A program made the position numbers and the translations under genes. From Batkoa obscura (taxonomy: Eukaryota): a DNA stretch of 40,787 nt. Every line of letters begins with the position of its first letter. Within the stretch, counting starts at the first letter, position 1. Positions 26,502 to 38,305 of this stretch are shown one piece after another. Under the pieces are notes generated by a model. The model ran no database searches. It was not told the DNA's origin and was given only the letters and a program-made list of their open reading frames with translations. Location of the stretch: NCBI GenBank assembly GCA_030770535.1, contig JASVEC010000149.1, positions 1 to 40,787 on the forward strand. The letters are read 5' to 3'.

Positions 26502-26815
26502 ATATGGGGCTGTCCTAATTGGTTTCAGAATCTACTTAGAAATTAATCCAAATTTAAAATTTTAAGTTTGTGTCCAATATAACGGTTAAATCTAAAAAGC
26601 CTAAAATTAAATGTCTCTATTTAAAACTTATTTTAATTGTTTCCTTTTCTTAAATAGCTAATTTTCCTAACTATATATTTTATGTTAGTTCTGTTAGATA
26701 TTTAACAGATATATAATATATAACTATATGATTATATAATTATATAAATACATAATTATATAAACATAGTTATTTGACTTTATTTGACTTTATTTTTTGT
26801 TGAAATAAAAATAAA

Positions 26816-28619
26816 ATGCAAACTTTCATAACTAAACTTCGAAATGGAATTTTTGAAAACTTCAATACAATAGGGAGGAGTACACAATATAAACATTGTA
26901 ATTCATTTACATCAATTTTAAGAGCTACTTATAACAACCCAAGGTTCATGGAATTTTATAATAAAACAAAACAAACAAAAGATACACTATCAAAGTTTAC
27001 TATCGATAATAATAAACTTAATCAAACAATATATAAAATTAGTGCTTTAAAGGAAATAGGAAATAAAAATCAACAAGTAGCGTTATTATCAACTATAGCT
27101 TCAGTATATTCTTTTGATGAATGTAAGAGTTTTGGGTTTAATATAAATAGAAATCAATATGATTATTCAAAAACAAGTAATAATAATAAAATATCAACAT
27201 TAAAACCTATTATTAAAAATACAAAAAAAATTAAAGATGACCAAATTGAAACTATTATACAATATTTACTAAATGATTCAACTATTTCATCAAGATTTAA
27301 TAAAAAAAATAACGATAGTAAATATTCATCAGATAATATATATATCAAATAAAAGTAGAACAATGATATATAGTAAATATTTGAATGATCTAAGAGATAA
27401 AGCAGTAGCTAGGTCAACGTTCTTTAAATATATACCAAGTAATTTCAAAAATCCAGCAAGAAAAACGGATCTATGTAATATATGTACCCAGTATACAGTT
27501 AGAAGAAAATTATTTCAAAATAAAATAAATACAGCAAAAAACAAAGCAGAGATACAAGAAATTTTCAACGAAGAAGAAAAATTATACAAATTACATAAAT
27601 TCTGTGTTGATACTCAAAAAAACACATTTAATGAAACTATCAAAAAATTAAATAACAAAAGTTGTATAATAGTTTTAGATTTTAAACAAAATATGGGAGT
27701 GTTTTTTTTGACTTCATTATTTTTTCCATTTTTAAGCGCTATTTAAGCGGAAAAATTGCTAGTAAAATTCTTAAATACAAAAATACATCCCCATATGGAA
27801 ATAGGGACAAGACCAGATTCAATAAATCTAGATCATTATAATAAACAAGCTATATCAGTATTAGGTTTTGGTGTTTTATATTTAAAAGATGATAAAACAA
27901 TAGGCAAAGTTTACTTTGATTATTTATCTGAAATATTGAATCATGATTCAGCATATGCAGGAGATTGTTTAATCGATTTAATCTCTATAGAGCTTCTATT
28001 TAAAAAGTTTACAAAAATTAATATATAGGCAGATACAGGAAATCATTTTAGATCCCAAGAGTTTCTACACTATATGTTTAAAGAAATTCATAAAATAAAT
28101 AGTAGTTTGAATGTTAATCTTAATTTTTTTGCTGAGGATCATGGAAAGAGTATAGTTGATGGACATTTTGGAAACCTTTCAAAATGGAAAAGTAGTTTTG
28201 AAGCATTAGGCAAAATAGAAGATATCGATCAATTAATTTCAAGATTTGAGGCTTTTATTTGCGAGCATAATAAAATTAATAACTCGACTGTTAATAATGG
28301 GAAAACAGATATAATCTTTAAAAAGTATAAAAGAAACAAAAATACAAAAAGAATAATAGAGATGCAAGCCATTAAGAAGTATTTACATGTTATTAAACAT
28401 AAAAATAAACTACATTGTTATCCAGTATCTGATACATCAAAAAAAAGCGATATAGTTCCAATTAGAGTTATAGAGTCTATAGAAAATAGAAAAATTAAAA
28501 GATCGATCCCAGCTTACCTTACGAAGATAACAGAGAATTTAAAAATTTCGATATTTACTAAGCAAGTAAGTAGTTTGTTGAATGATAGAAATAGATTGTT
28601 AAATGTTAGGATTACTTAA
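26816..28619 (+). pseudogene. Sola-like DDD transposase pseudogene (~566 aa reconstructed)
   Basis: Four track ORFs join after removing one A in the A8 run (~27302), excising the MITE at 27695-27792 plus its TSD, and reverting TAG to TGG at 28026 (TGG is seen in the 9-11 kb copy). Motifs: TDLCNIC...LHK, IVLDFKQN, IWADTGNHFR, FFAEDHGKSIVDGHFG. Confidence 0.8.
27695..27792. mobile_element. 98 bp MITE in the transposase gene, ATAT TSD (mirrored at 30277-30374)
   Basis: Removal restores DFKQNMEIGTR. Confidence 0.9.
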
Positions 28620-29417
28620 GTTATTAATAGCTAAGTTAATAAATAGTCAAAGAACAAATAACTGTAATAATATGTAAAAACTATTATTACTTGTACTATA
28701 TAGGGATGGTTAATTATAGTTTTGGGGCTAACCACTCCCTCCCATACAGCTATTTATTAACTTGGCAATATATCAATAATGTAATTATAACATTAAAATA
28801 GTTTATTTATTTGATAATAAATCTACAATGTTGGTTATAAAGCAGTTGATAGTAAATATTTCTCAATTAAGCTTTATAAGAACATGTATTTAAGATCTAG
28901 TAGAAATTCAACTAACTTACAGTATGAGCTATAATAGAATGATTTAGAACTGTGTTTGGGTACTTTTATTTTAATAAAAGATGTGATTTTATAGAAGTTT
29001 AAGCGAAGTTTTTAAAATACAAAATTTTTTAAAAATTGGATAAAATAATGAAATTAATTCAGACAACCCCACATGTTATAAAATTTAATTGAGAAACATT
29101 TATCATTGACTGCTTTATAACCAACATTGTAGATTTATTATCAAATAAATAAACTATTTTGATATTATAATTACATTATTAATATATTGCCAAGTTAATA
29201 AATAGCTGTATGGGAGGGAGTGGTTAGGCCCAAAGCTATAACTAACCATCCCTATATAGTACAATTAATATAATAATAGTTTTTACATATTATTACAGTT
29301 ACTGTTCTTTGCTATTTATTAACTTGGCTATTAATAACTTAAGTAATATTAACATAAGTAATATTAACACTTAATAATTGATTTCTATTATTTAACAAAC
29401 TACTTGCTTTAGTAAAT

Positions 29418-29516
29418 GGGGGTGTTTTTTTTGACTTCATTATTTTTTCCATTTTTTAAGTGCTATTTAAGTGGAAAATTTGTTAGTAAAATTCTTAAAC
29501 ACAAAAGTACATCCCC
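29418..29516. mobile_element. MITE, AAAT TSD
   Basis: Consensus with AAAT flanks; the corresponding empty site is at ~28552. Confidence 0.85.
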
Positions 29517-30276
29517 AAATATTGAAATTTTAAATTCTCTGTTATTTTTATGAGGTAAACTGGGATTGATCTTTTAATTTTTCTATTTTCTATAGACCTT
29601 ATAGCTTTGATTATAATATATCACTTTTTTGATATATCAGATACTGGATAACAATGTAGTTTATTTTTATGTTTAATAACATGTAAATACTTCTTAATGG
29701 CTTGCATCTCTATTATTCTTTTTGTATTTTTGTTTCTTTTATACTTTTTAAAGATTATATCTGTTTTCCCATTATTAACAGTCGAGTTATTAATTTTATT
29801 ATGCTCGCAAATAAAAGCCTCAAATCTTGAAATTAATTGATCGATATCTTCTATTTTGCCTAATGCTTCAAAACTACTTTTCCATTTTGAAAGGTTTCCA
29901 AAATGTCCATCAACTATACTCTTTCCATGATCCTCAGCAAAAAAATTAAGATTAACATTCAAACTACTATTTATTTTATGAATTTCTTTAAACATATAGT
30001 GTAGAAACTCTTGGGATCTAAAATGATTTCCTGTATCTGCCTATATATTAATTTTTGTAAACTTTTTAAATAGAAGCTCTATAGAGATTAAATCGATTAA
30101 ACAATCTCCTGCATATGCTGAATCATGATTCAATATTTCAGATAAATAATCAAAGTAAACTTTGCCTATTGTTTTATCATCTTTTAAATATAAAACACCA
30201 AAACCTAATACTGATATAGCTTGTTTATTATAATGATCTAGATTTATTGAATCTGGTCTTGTCCCTATTTCCATAT

Positions 30277-30374
30277 GGGGATGTATTTTTGTATTTAAGA
30301 ATTTTACTAGCAATTTTTCCGCTTAAATAGCGCTTAAAAATGGAAAAAATAATGAAGTCAAAAAAAACACTCCC
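30277..30374. mobile_element. 98 bp MITE, ATAT TSD
   Basis: Mirror of 27695-27792. Confidence 0.9.
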
Positions 30375-31563
30375 ATATTTTGTTTAAAATCTAAAACTAT
30401 TATACAACTTTTGTTATTTAATTTTTTGATAGTTTCATTAAATGTGTTTTTTTGAGTATCAACACAGAATTTATGTAATTTGTATAATTTTTCTTCTTCG
30501 TTGAAAATTTCTTGTATCTCTGCTTTGTTTTTTGCTGTATTTATTTTATTTTGAAATAATTTTCTTCTAACTGTATACTGGGTACATATATTACATAGAT
30601 CCGTTTTTCTTGCTGGATTTTTGAAATTACTTGGTATATATTTAAAGAACGTTGACCTAGCTACTGCTTTATCTCTTAGATCATTCAAATATTTACTATA
30701 TATCATTGTTCTACTTTTATTTGATATATATATTATCTGATGAATATTTACTATCGTTATTTTTTTTATTAAATCTTGATGAAATAGTTGAATCATTTAG
30801 TAAATATTGTATAATAGTTTCAATTTGGTCATCTTTAATTTTTTTTGTATTTTTAATAATAGGTTTTAATGTTGATATTTTATTATTATTACTTGTTTTT
30901 GAATAATCATATTGATTTCTATTTATATTAAACCCAAAACTCTTACATTCATCAAAAGAATATACTGAAGCTATAGTTGATAATAACGCTACTTGTTGAT
31001 TTTTATTTCCTATTTCCTTTAAAGCACTAATTTTATATATTGTTTGATTAAGTTTATTATTATCGATAGTAAACTTTGATAGTGTATCTTTTGTTTGTTT
31101 TGTTTTATTATAAAATTCCATGAACCTTGGGTTGTTATAAGTAGCTCTTAAAATTGATGTAAATGAATTACAATGTTTATATTGTGTACTCCTCCCTATT
31201 GTATTGAAGTTTTCAAAAATTCCATTTCGAAGTTTAGTTATGAAAGTTTGCATTTTATTTTTATTTCAACAAAAAATAAAGTCAAATAAAGTCAAATAAC
31301 TATGTTTATATAATTATGTATTTATATAATTATATAATCATATAGTTATATATTATATATCTGTTAAATATCTAACAGAACTAACATAAAATATATAGTT
31401 AGGAAAATTAGCTATTTAAGAAAAGGAAACAATTAAAATAAGTTTTAAATAGAGACATTTAATTTTAGGCTTTTTAGATTTAACCGTTATATTGGACACA
31501 AACTTAAAATTTTAAATTTGGATTAATTTCTAAGTAGATTCTGAAACCAATTAGGACAGCCCC

Positions 31564-32135
31564 ATATCTTTTCTTTATTTTGTTTTGTTTTATTATAAAA
31601 TTCTATAAACCCTAAGTTATTATAAGTAACTCTTAGAATTGGTGTGAATGAATTACAATGTTTGTATCCTGTACTCCTCCCTATTGTATTGAACTTTTGA
31701 AAAATTTCATTTCGAAGTTTAGTTATGAAAGTTTGCATTTTATTTTTATTTCAATAAAAAACAAAGTCAAACAGATCTATTTATATAATTACATAATTAT
31801 ATAATTATATAGTTATATAGTTATATAGCGCTTAAAAAATGGAAAAGTAATAAAATAAAAAAAAAACAGCCATTTATAGTCTAAACTATAATAGAATAAT
31901 TTAGGACTTGTGCCTAGGTACTTTTATTAAAATGAAAGATTTGATTTTATGGAATTTTAAGCAAAGTTTTTAAAATACAAAATATCTAAAAATTAGATAA
32001 AATAATGAAACTAATCCAGGCAACCCCATATCTTTTCTTTGTTTTGTTTTGTTTTATTACAAAATTCCATAAACCCTGGGTTGTTATAAGTAGCTGTTAA
32101 AACTAATCTAAATGAATTACAACGTTTATATAAAC
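31564..32135. mobile_element. Scrambled Sola-like fragments (left part on minus, MITE piece, right end on plus to 32027, another minus fragment)
   Basis: MQTFITKLRN ORF at 31738; GGCAACCCC terminus at 32027. Confidence 0.7.
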
Positions 32136-32227
32136 AGTTAATTTTTAGGAATAGTAAAACTTTATAAAATTGTATATACATTTCAAATTTTTATTTTATT
32201 ATTATGATTATTATAATTTTAACATAT

Positions 32228-32326
32228 GGGGATGTATTTTTGTGCTTAAGAATTTTACCAACAAATTTTCCGTTCAAATAGCGCTTAAAGGATGGAAAAA
32301 GTGATGAAGCTAAAAAAAAAATCCCC
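32228..32326. mobile_element. MITE, ATAT TSD
   Basis: Consensus with ATAT flanks. Confidence 0.85.
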
Positions 32327-33701
32327 ATATGACATTTTTAAAATAAAGACATGAACATAAAGATACAGTCCAGCCTTATCATTTTATATATTTTAGTATG
32401 TTTTGGAAATCAAATAGCTTCGTACTAAATGGACTTTGAGACAACCTATTTTTAAAATTAAAAAGTTTATAAAAATTTTTCGTATTAAATTTAAAAAGAA
32501 AAAATCTATTTGATTATACTTTTTTTATTAAATATCTTAATTTTTAACTTAATTGTCAAATTTTCCGTGACTCTTATAACCAAAGAAAATAACTATTGCT
32601 CTTTGAATAGAATTCAGTGTAGTTTATTAAATTTACGAAGTTCAAAACGAGGATAACGAGATTAAAAATCTACCTTTAAAGATACCGTACCATAATTTCA
32701 TCACTATAAATAAAGTACTTTGCAGTCCTTGATCCGTTCAGAATTTAGATAAAAAAATTAGTAGCAATTACCATGTTTATTATATATATTTGGGTAAGGT
32801 TTAATATCCTTTTAAACTATCTGAAAAAATTAAATACTGGATAACAGCTTATCTGTGATAAACTATTTTAGACCTAATGTTTTTCCTTAATTAGTAAAAT
32901 ACTCCCATAATCAACAATTGGCTATAGGACATTCAATAATAGTTTTTATTTGCTTTTAAGTGTTTGGAAACGTTATATTTAGTACCATGCTTTTAAACAG
33001 ATTTAAAAATCCTTTCAGCCAATATCAAGCTTAGAGTGATTTTTTCTCCCATGTGTTTGGAAGTTTTCTTTATAAAGTTGATCATATGTAAAACCATAAC
33101 AAACATTAAAAATCTAATTTAATAATCCAATGATGTCTCTTATACTCAAAAATTAATTTATATATTGTGGATAGAATTATTACAAAGATGTATTTGTCCT
33201 ATGGTTATTCTGAATTAAATGGATGTTAATATTTGCTGGAGTTAAGGTCTGGGATTAACAATGCCTCCTTTTATTTTTATAAAAAAATTCTAGGATATTT
33301 ATTCCGGGCAAATCATTTTTAACAAATCCTTCCCATCTTTTATGTTGTGTTACTTTTTAAAATTTTGGTGTTTTCAATTATCATTATTTGCAATCCTGTA
33401 TAAATTTTACATTACCTTCATAATATATCTAAAAAGCTTGATTGGCTTATCTATTATATCTATTAAGTTGTGGAAATTTGGGTTTTATAATATATAATAT
33501 ATAATATGAAATGATATAGATAACTCGATAGCTCACTTGTTTTTATTCATTTTTAACATTGTTCCATTTGTTTTTATATATTAAGTTAATATAGACTTTA
33601 CTTTTTTAATCTCAACTTACCCTTGGGACTCATATTTCATTTTTTATTGGGCATTCCATGAATAATACTTATAGATTACAAAGCTGTGGTATTTAAAATA
33701 T

Positions 33702-33800
33702 GAGAGGATGTATTTTTGTGTTTAAGAATTCTACTAACAAATTTTCCACTCAAATAGCGCTTAAAAAACGGAAAAATAATGAAACCAAAAAAACAGCCCC
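33702..33800. mobile_element. MITE, ATAT TSD
   Basis: Consensus; contains GTATTT...TACTAAC...TAG and ends in CAGCCCC. Confidence 0.85.
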
Positions 33801-35212
33801 ATATGTTTTATTAAAGGATTTATAACGATAGCTAAAAATAAAAATTCATCTTAAAACGTATAACTAGTTTGAGGAGATTTATCAGACTTATTATAACGTG
33901 ATTACCAAACTAAATTAAACGAAAAGCCCAAAATGAGTTAAATAATAGTCATGAAATACATTTTGAAAATGTCGAAAATATTGATCCTATCAGAATGTTT
34001 AATATATTAATATTCTAAAAGAGGTCATGAAAGTAATAAAAGGGATATTAACCTGAATATACCAGTTAATGAATTTATGGATCACTAATATAAAATTGTG
34101 AAAAAAATAAAATTATAATGGATAAACACCAATTAAATAATGACACACAATACTAGTTGCCAAATTTGGCCTTGATTTTAGATAAATTTTTACTATACTT
34201 TATAAATTAATATGAGATACAATATATTAATAAATATATATGCTAACCTAATTCAATACTAAAACTAAGCTTATACTAAGGAATTTAGCTTTGAACAATA
34301 AACTATTAAATATGAGGATAACTACTAAATCATACTTATAGGTTTAAGGGAGAAAATTTAATATAAATGAAATGCACGACTATGTAATTATTCACTTTTA
34401 ATTGATGTTTTATTTTAACGCGAAATTATTATTATACATTTAACCTGTTTAGGTTATATCGCTATCAAATATTCTAATTATTATATTTAGCTACTTGATT
34501 TGAGGGATGATTACCATATGTTTATAATTATAAATAATACATTAGGTTAAAGCCATTAAATAAATTATTAAAATTCTAAATTCAATTTAGTAAATAAGTA
34601 AGAGCCCATAGTACTTTACTTATTGATTTATTGTTCAAATTAGAATTACTCACAATTTAATGGATACTTTTATTGGAATTAAATAATAGAAATCTCACTA
34701 TCGAAATATAAAACGTTTATTTTTTACTAGTGATAGCATATTTATGTTATATTTTAATAAAAGCATAATTATAATTTAAATTAGATCATTCAAATATATA
34801 TGAATTAAATAGGTCATGCATGTCATTTTTTAATATTAAATATTAAATTTGTTTGAATTATAAGCTGTTCCTTATTTATTGAATCAAGGGATGTAGGTGA
34901 CCAAAATGATTATGTATGATTTACAAAATTTATTTTTTGTTTTTTATTTTAAATATTTGTAATAAAATATTTGCATGATAAATGATTGTATATATTCAAA
35001 TAAGGATTTCATATATTTAAAAATAGCTTTATTAAAGGATTGCTTAAATATGATTTAAGTATTATATTAGTTAGATGTGTACTATGACTTATAATTAGAA
35101 GCTTAATATAGAAAAGTTCATAGGAACCATGAAAGCAATGATTCCCCGAGGTTATTGAACCAGTTTTATTTAAAACTATAAAAGGAACAAAAATAAAGTG
35201 AATGTCAATAAA

Positions 35213-35566
35213 ATGAACCAAACATTAAATTTACCTAGCATAAGAGATTTGTTCTATGATATTCTAAGTCCAAAAGGCGAAATAATACCATCTAAAGGAA
35301 ATTCAAGTAACTCTGTTAAGTTTATTAACCATGAAGACTTGATTAAATCTCCAGCTAAGAAATATAAAGCTAGTCAAAGGGTACGTAAAACAGCTTATCA
35401 AGAAAACATATTATTAAAGTCTTTCAAGCTCAATCCGTTTCCAACAAAATCTGATAGAGCCCAGTTATCCGAATACTTAAGCTTAGACGAAAGGAAGGTA
35501 CAAATTTGGTTTCAAAATAAAAGGCAAAAGAGTAAGGAATGTCAAATCATTTACTTGTATAAATAA
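35213..35566 (+). CDS. Small homeodomain transcription factor (Yox1/Yhp1-like), ~117 aa
   Basis: Homeodomain QRVRKTAYQENILLKSFKLNPFPTKSDRAQLSEYLSLDERKVQIWFQNKRQK. First ATG is at 35213 (the track start is GTG). Confidence 0.85.
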   Translation: MNQTLNLPSIRDLFYDILSPKGEIIPSKGNSSNSVKFINHEDLIKSPAKKYKASQRVRKTAYQENILLKSFKLNPFPTKSDRAQLSEYLSLDERKVQIWFQNKRQKSKECQIIYLYK

Positions 35567-35908
35567 AACTTTAATCTCATTTCATCAATTGTTTTTACTT
35601 TATTTATCTACTTTATTTTGGAGCCTTTTTATGTGAAATTTTTTAATTTGGATCAATGTTATAGTTAATAGTCTAAAAGATTATTAGTTAAATTCTTAAA
35701 CACAAAAATATATCCCCATACAGTGCAGTGATGTTTTGTCTATTTTAACGTTTTCTATGTACCATACTTTTTTTCAAAAACCATTAACTTTTAAAGTTTT
35801 ATAATATCTTTTGTAGAATTTGAAATATAAATAAAATATAATTTATTTAACAATAACTAACTTAACAAGTTTTTATACAATTTTTTTCTAAACAATTTTT
35901 ATTAATGT

Positions 35909-36348
35909 TGTGGAATATCGCTTTGTCAGTCTCATGGTTAATTATAACATAACAATCGCCTAAGCTGTTGTGTTCTCGAGTTCAGAGGAAATCAATCCCA
36001 TGTTCTTATTTTAATTTGTTATGAGAATTTCTAGCTCCATCCAAAAGAATATTATCTTCTCATTTTGATATTTATACTTTTCAGAGTATAAAAGAGTTTA
36101 CAGAGTATAGTAGTTTGAGGCTTTTTAACTGAATTATTCCCTGATATCTCGAACATTTAATAAAGCCACTAAGTTTTCTTAATAGTATTTTACATAGGTT
36201 TTACATTAGTATTGTCTATTCTATTTGTCTTATATAGCTTGTAACCTATTACGTGCTATTCCTCATAAACTAAGACTTTTCGACTTATAGTGTAGTCAAC
36301 CCAGCAATAGCTGTTCTTGACTCCAAACACTGAGCACCAGATTTCACA
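35909..36348. mobile_element. Solo LTR copy 3
   Basis: Highly similar to 11835-12303; no matching TSD. Confidence 0.7.
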
Positions 36349-37617
36349 GTTACAACTTATTATTAAAAATACAAAAAAACTAAAGATGAGCAAACTGAAA
36401 CTATTATACAATATTTACTAAATGATTCAACTATTTCATCAAGATTTAATAAAAAAAAAATGATAGTAAATATTCATCAGATAATATATATATTAAATAA
36501 AAGTAGAAGAATGATATATAATAAATATTTGAATGATTTAAAAGATAAAGCAGTAGCTAGGTCAACATTTTTTAAATATATATCAAGTAGTTTCAAAAAT
36601 CCAGCAAGAAAAACAAATTTATGTAATATATGTGCCCAGTATACAGTTAAAAAAAAGTTATTTGAAAATAAAACAAATACAGCAATAAAAAACAAAGTAG
36701 AAATATAAGTTTTTAATAAAGAAGAAAAGTTATACAAATTACATAAATTCTGTGTTGATACTCAAAAAAAACACATTTAATGAAACTATTAAAAAATTAA
36801 ATACCAAAAGTTGTATAATGATTTTAGATCATTATAACAAACAAGCTATATCGGTATTGGGTAAAATAGAAGATATCAATCAATTAGTTTCAAGATTCGA
36901 GGTTTTTATTTGCGAACATAATAAAATTAATAACTCGATTGTTGATAAAGGGAAAACAGATATAATCTTTAAAAAGTATGAAAGAAACAAAAATACAAAA
37001 AGAATAATAGAGATGCAAGGTATTAAGAAGTATTTACATGTTATTAAACATAATAATAAGCTATATTGTTATCCAGTATCTGATATATCAAAAAAGTGAT
37101 ATATTATAATCAAAGCTATAAGGTCTATAGAAAATAGAAAAATTAAAAGATCAATCCCAGTTTACCTTATAAAAATAATAGAAATCAATTATTAAATGTT
37201 AATATTACTTATGTTAATATTACTTAAGTTATTAATAGTCAAGTTAATAAATAGCAAAGAACAGTAACTGTAATAATATGTAAAAGCTATTATTATATTA
37301 ATTGTACTATATGGGGATGGTTAGTTATAGCTTTGGGCCTAACCACTCCCTCCCATACAGCTATTTATTAACTTGGCAATATATTAATAATGTAATTATA
37401 ATATCAAAATAGTTTATTTATTTGATAATAAATCTACAATGTTGGTTATAAAGCAGTTGATAATAAATGTTTCTCAATAAAACTTTATAAAAATATGTAT
37501 TTATTTACATACTACAATTTTGATTGGTATCAATGTAGATATTATATTGGTAAAAGCCTTGCTAATTCGAAAATTTCTATTAAATTTAGTAGAAATTCAG
37601 CTAACTTAGACATCCCC
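36349..37617 (+). mobile_element. Internally deleted Sola-like derivative, 5'-truncated at the solo LTR
   Basis: ORFs 36460-36708 and 36752-37099 are transposase pieces with the catalytic core missing; ends in GACATCCCC followed by ATAT. Confidence 0.75.
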
Positions 37618-37812
37618 ATATTTATTGTAGTATTATAATATAAACCTATTAAAAATCAAATGATATTACTTATATAAATCGATTTAAATAAAAAAGTCTT
37701 TAAAATTAACTTAAACTTAACAGTTTTATTTTATTTTTATATTAAAGCTTATATCTATTATTTAGTTTACTTTTTATTACCTTTATTTTTATTACTTTAT
37801 ACTTAAATATAT

Positions 37813-38009
37813 GTGGATCTTTTTTTAGTTTTGTCGCTTTTTTTATTTTTTAAGGATTAAAGTGAAGAAATTATAGTAAAATTTTTGAACAAAAAAATAC
37901 ATCCCCGTATAAAGATGTGTTTTTTTGCTTAGGAATTTTACTAACAATCTTTCCGCTCAAATAGTGCTTAAAAAATGGAAAAAATGATGGAGCCAAAAAA
38001 AAGATCCTC
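37813..38009. mobile_element. Two adjacent inverted diverged MITEs (~37813-37906, ~37911-38009)
   Basis: Consensus matches on opposite strands, separated by GTAT. Confidence 0.7.
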
Positions 38010-38207
38010 ATATAATGCTCTATTGTATATATTTTCAGCTTTTTATTTTTTTAGTTATATTAGGGGGTATCTTAACTTCTATAGTTAGTTTTATAAATTC
38101 ATTTAGCACTTAAAAATTGGTTATTCTTTTGCTTGAAATCAACATATATATTGCTTTATATACTTAGTGTTTATTATTATTAGTAAATATCTGAGTATCT
38201 ACTATAT

Positions 38208-38305
38208 GGGGATGTATTTTTGTGCTTAAGAATTTTACCAACAAATTTTCCGCTTAAATAGCGCTTAAAAAATGAAAAAAATAATGAAGTCAAAAAAACA
38301 CTCTC
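38208..38305. mobile_element. 98 bp MITE, ATAT TSD
   Basis: Consensus with ATAT flanks. Confidence 0.88.

Larger units (their letters stand above)
26506..29070 (+). mobile_element. Full-length Sola-like TIR DNA transposon (reference copy, disabled)
   Basis: Imperfect 22 bp TIRs: GGGGCTGTCCTAATTGGTTTCA and, as reverse complement, GGGGTTGTCTGAATTAATTTCA. Contains a transposase pseudogene; multiple related copies occur in the window. Confidence 0.85.
29071..31563 (-). mobile_element. Inverted near-full copy of the Sola-like transposon, lacking its right end
   Basis: ORFs mirror those of 26816-28434 (paired coordinates sum to 58069). Left TIR ends at 31563. The 3' part matches the variant at 37070-37470. 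Confidence 0.85.
26502..31567. repeat. ~5 kb inverted repeat; apparently identical arms 26502-28434 and 29635-31567
   Basis: Identical mirrored ORF translations and nucleotide spot checks; weaker inverted homology continues towards ~29070. Confidence 0.9.

Noticed and set aside
28026..28028. TAG read-through or alternative genetic code
   Set aside because: The homologous copy at ~10200 has TGG and host genes read normally; this is a simple nonsense mutation.
26816..29070. Fanzor/TnpB with a 3' omegaRNA
   Set aside because: No RuvC motif order or C-terminal zinc finger is visible; the motifs fit a DDD transposase.
32500..33100. Possible Tc1/mariner remnants (ATTTATAGTGATGAAA, IYSDE) here on minus and at ~38755 on plus
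   Set aside because: Only one short motif each, with no confirmed TIRs or remaining triad; needs a tBLASTn or HMM search.
16632..36348. LTR copies 2 and 3 as ends of one 20 kb retrotransposon
   Set aside because: No shared TSD, no PBS/PPT, and the RT between them is LINE-type.
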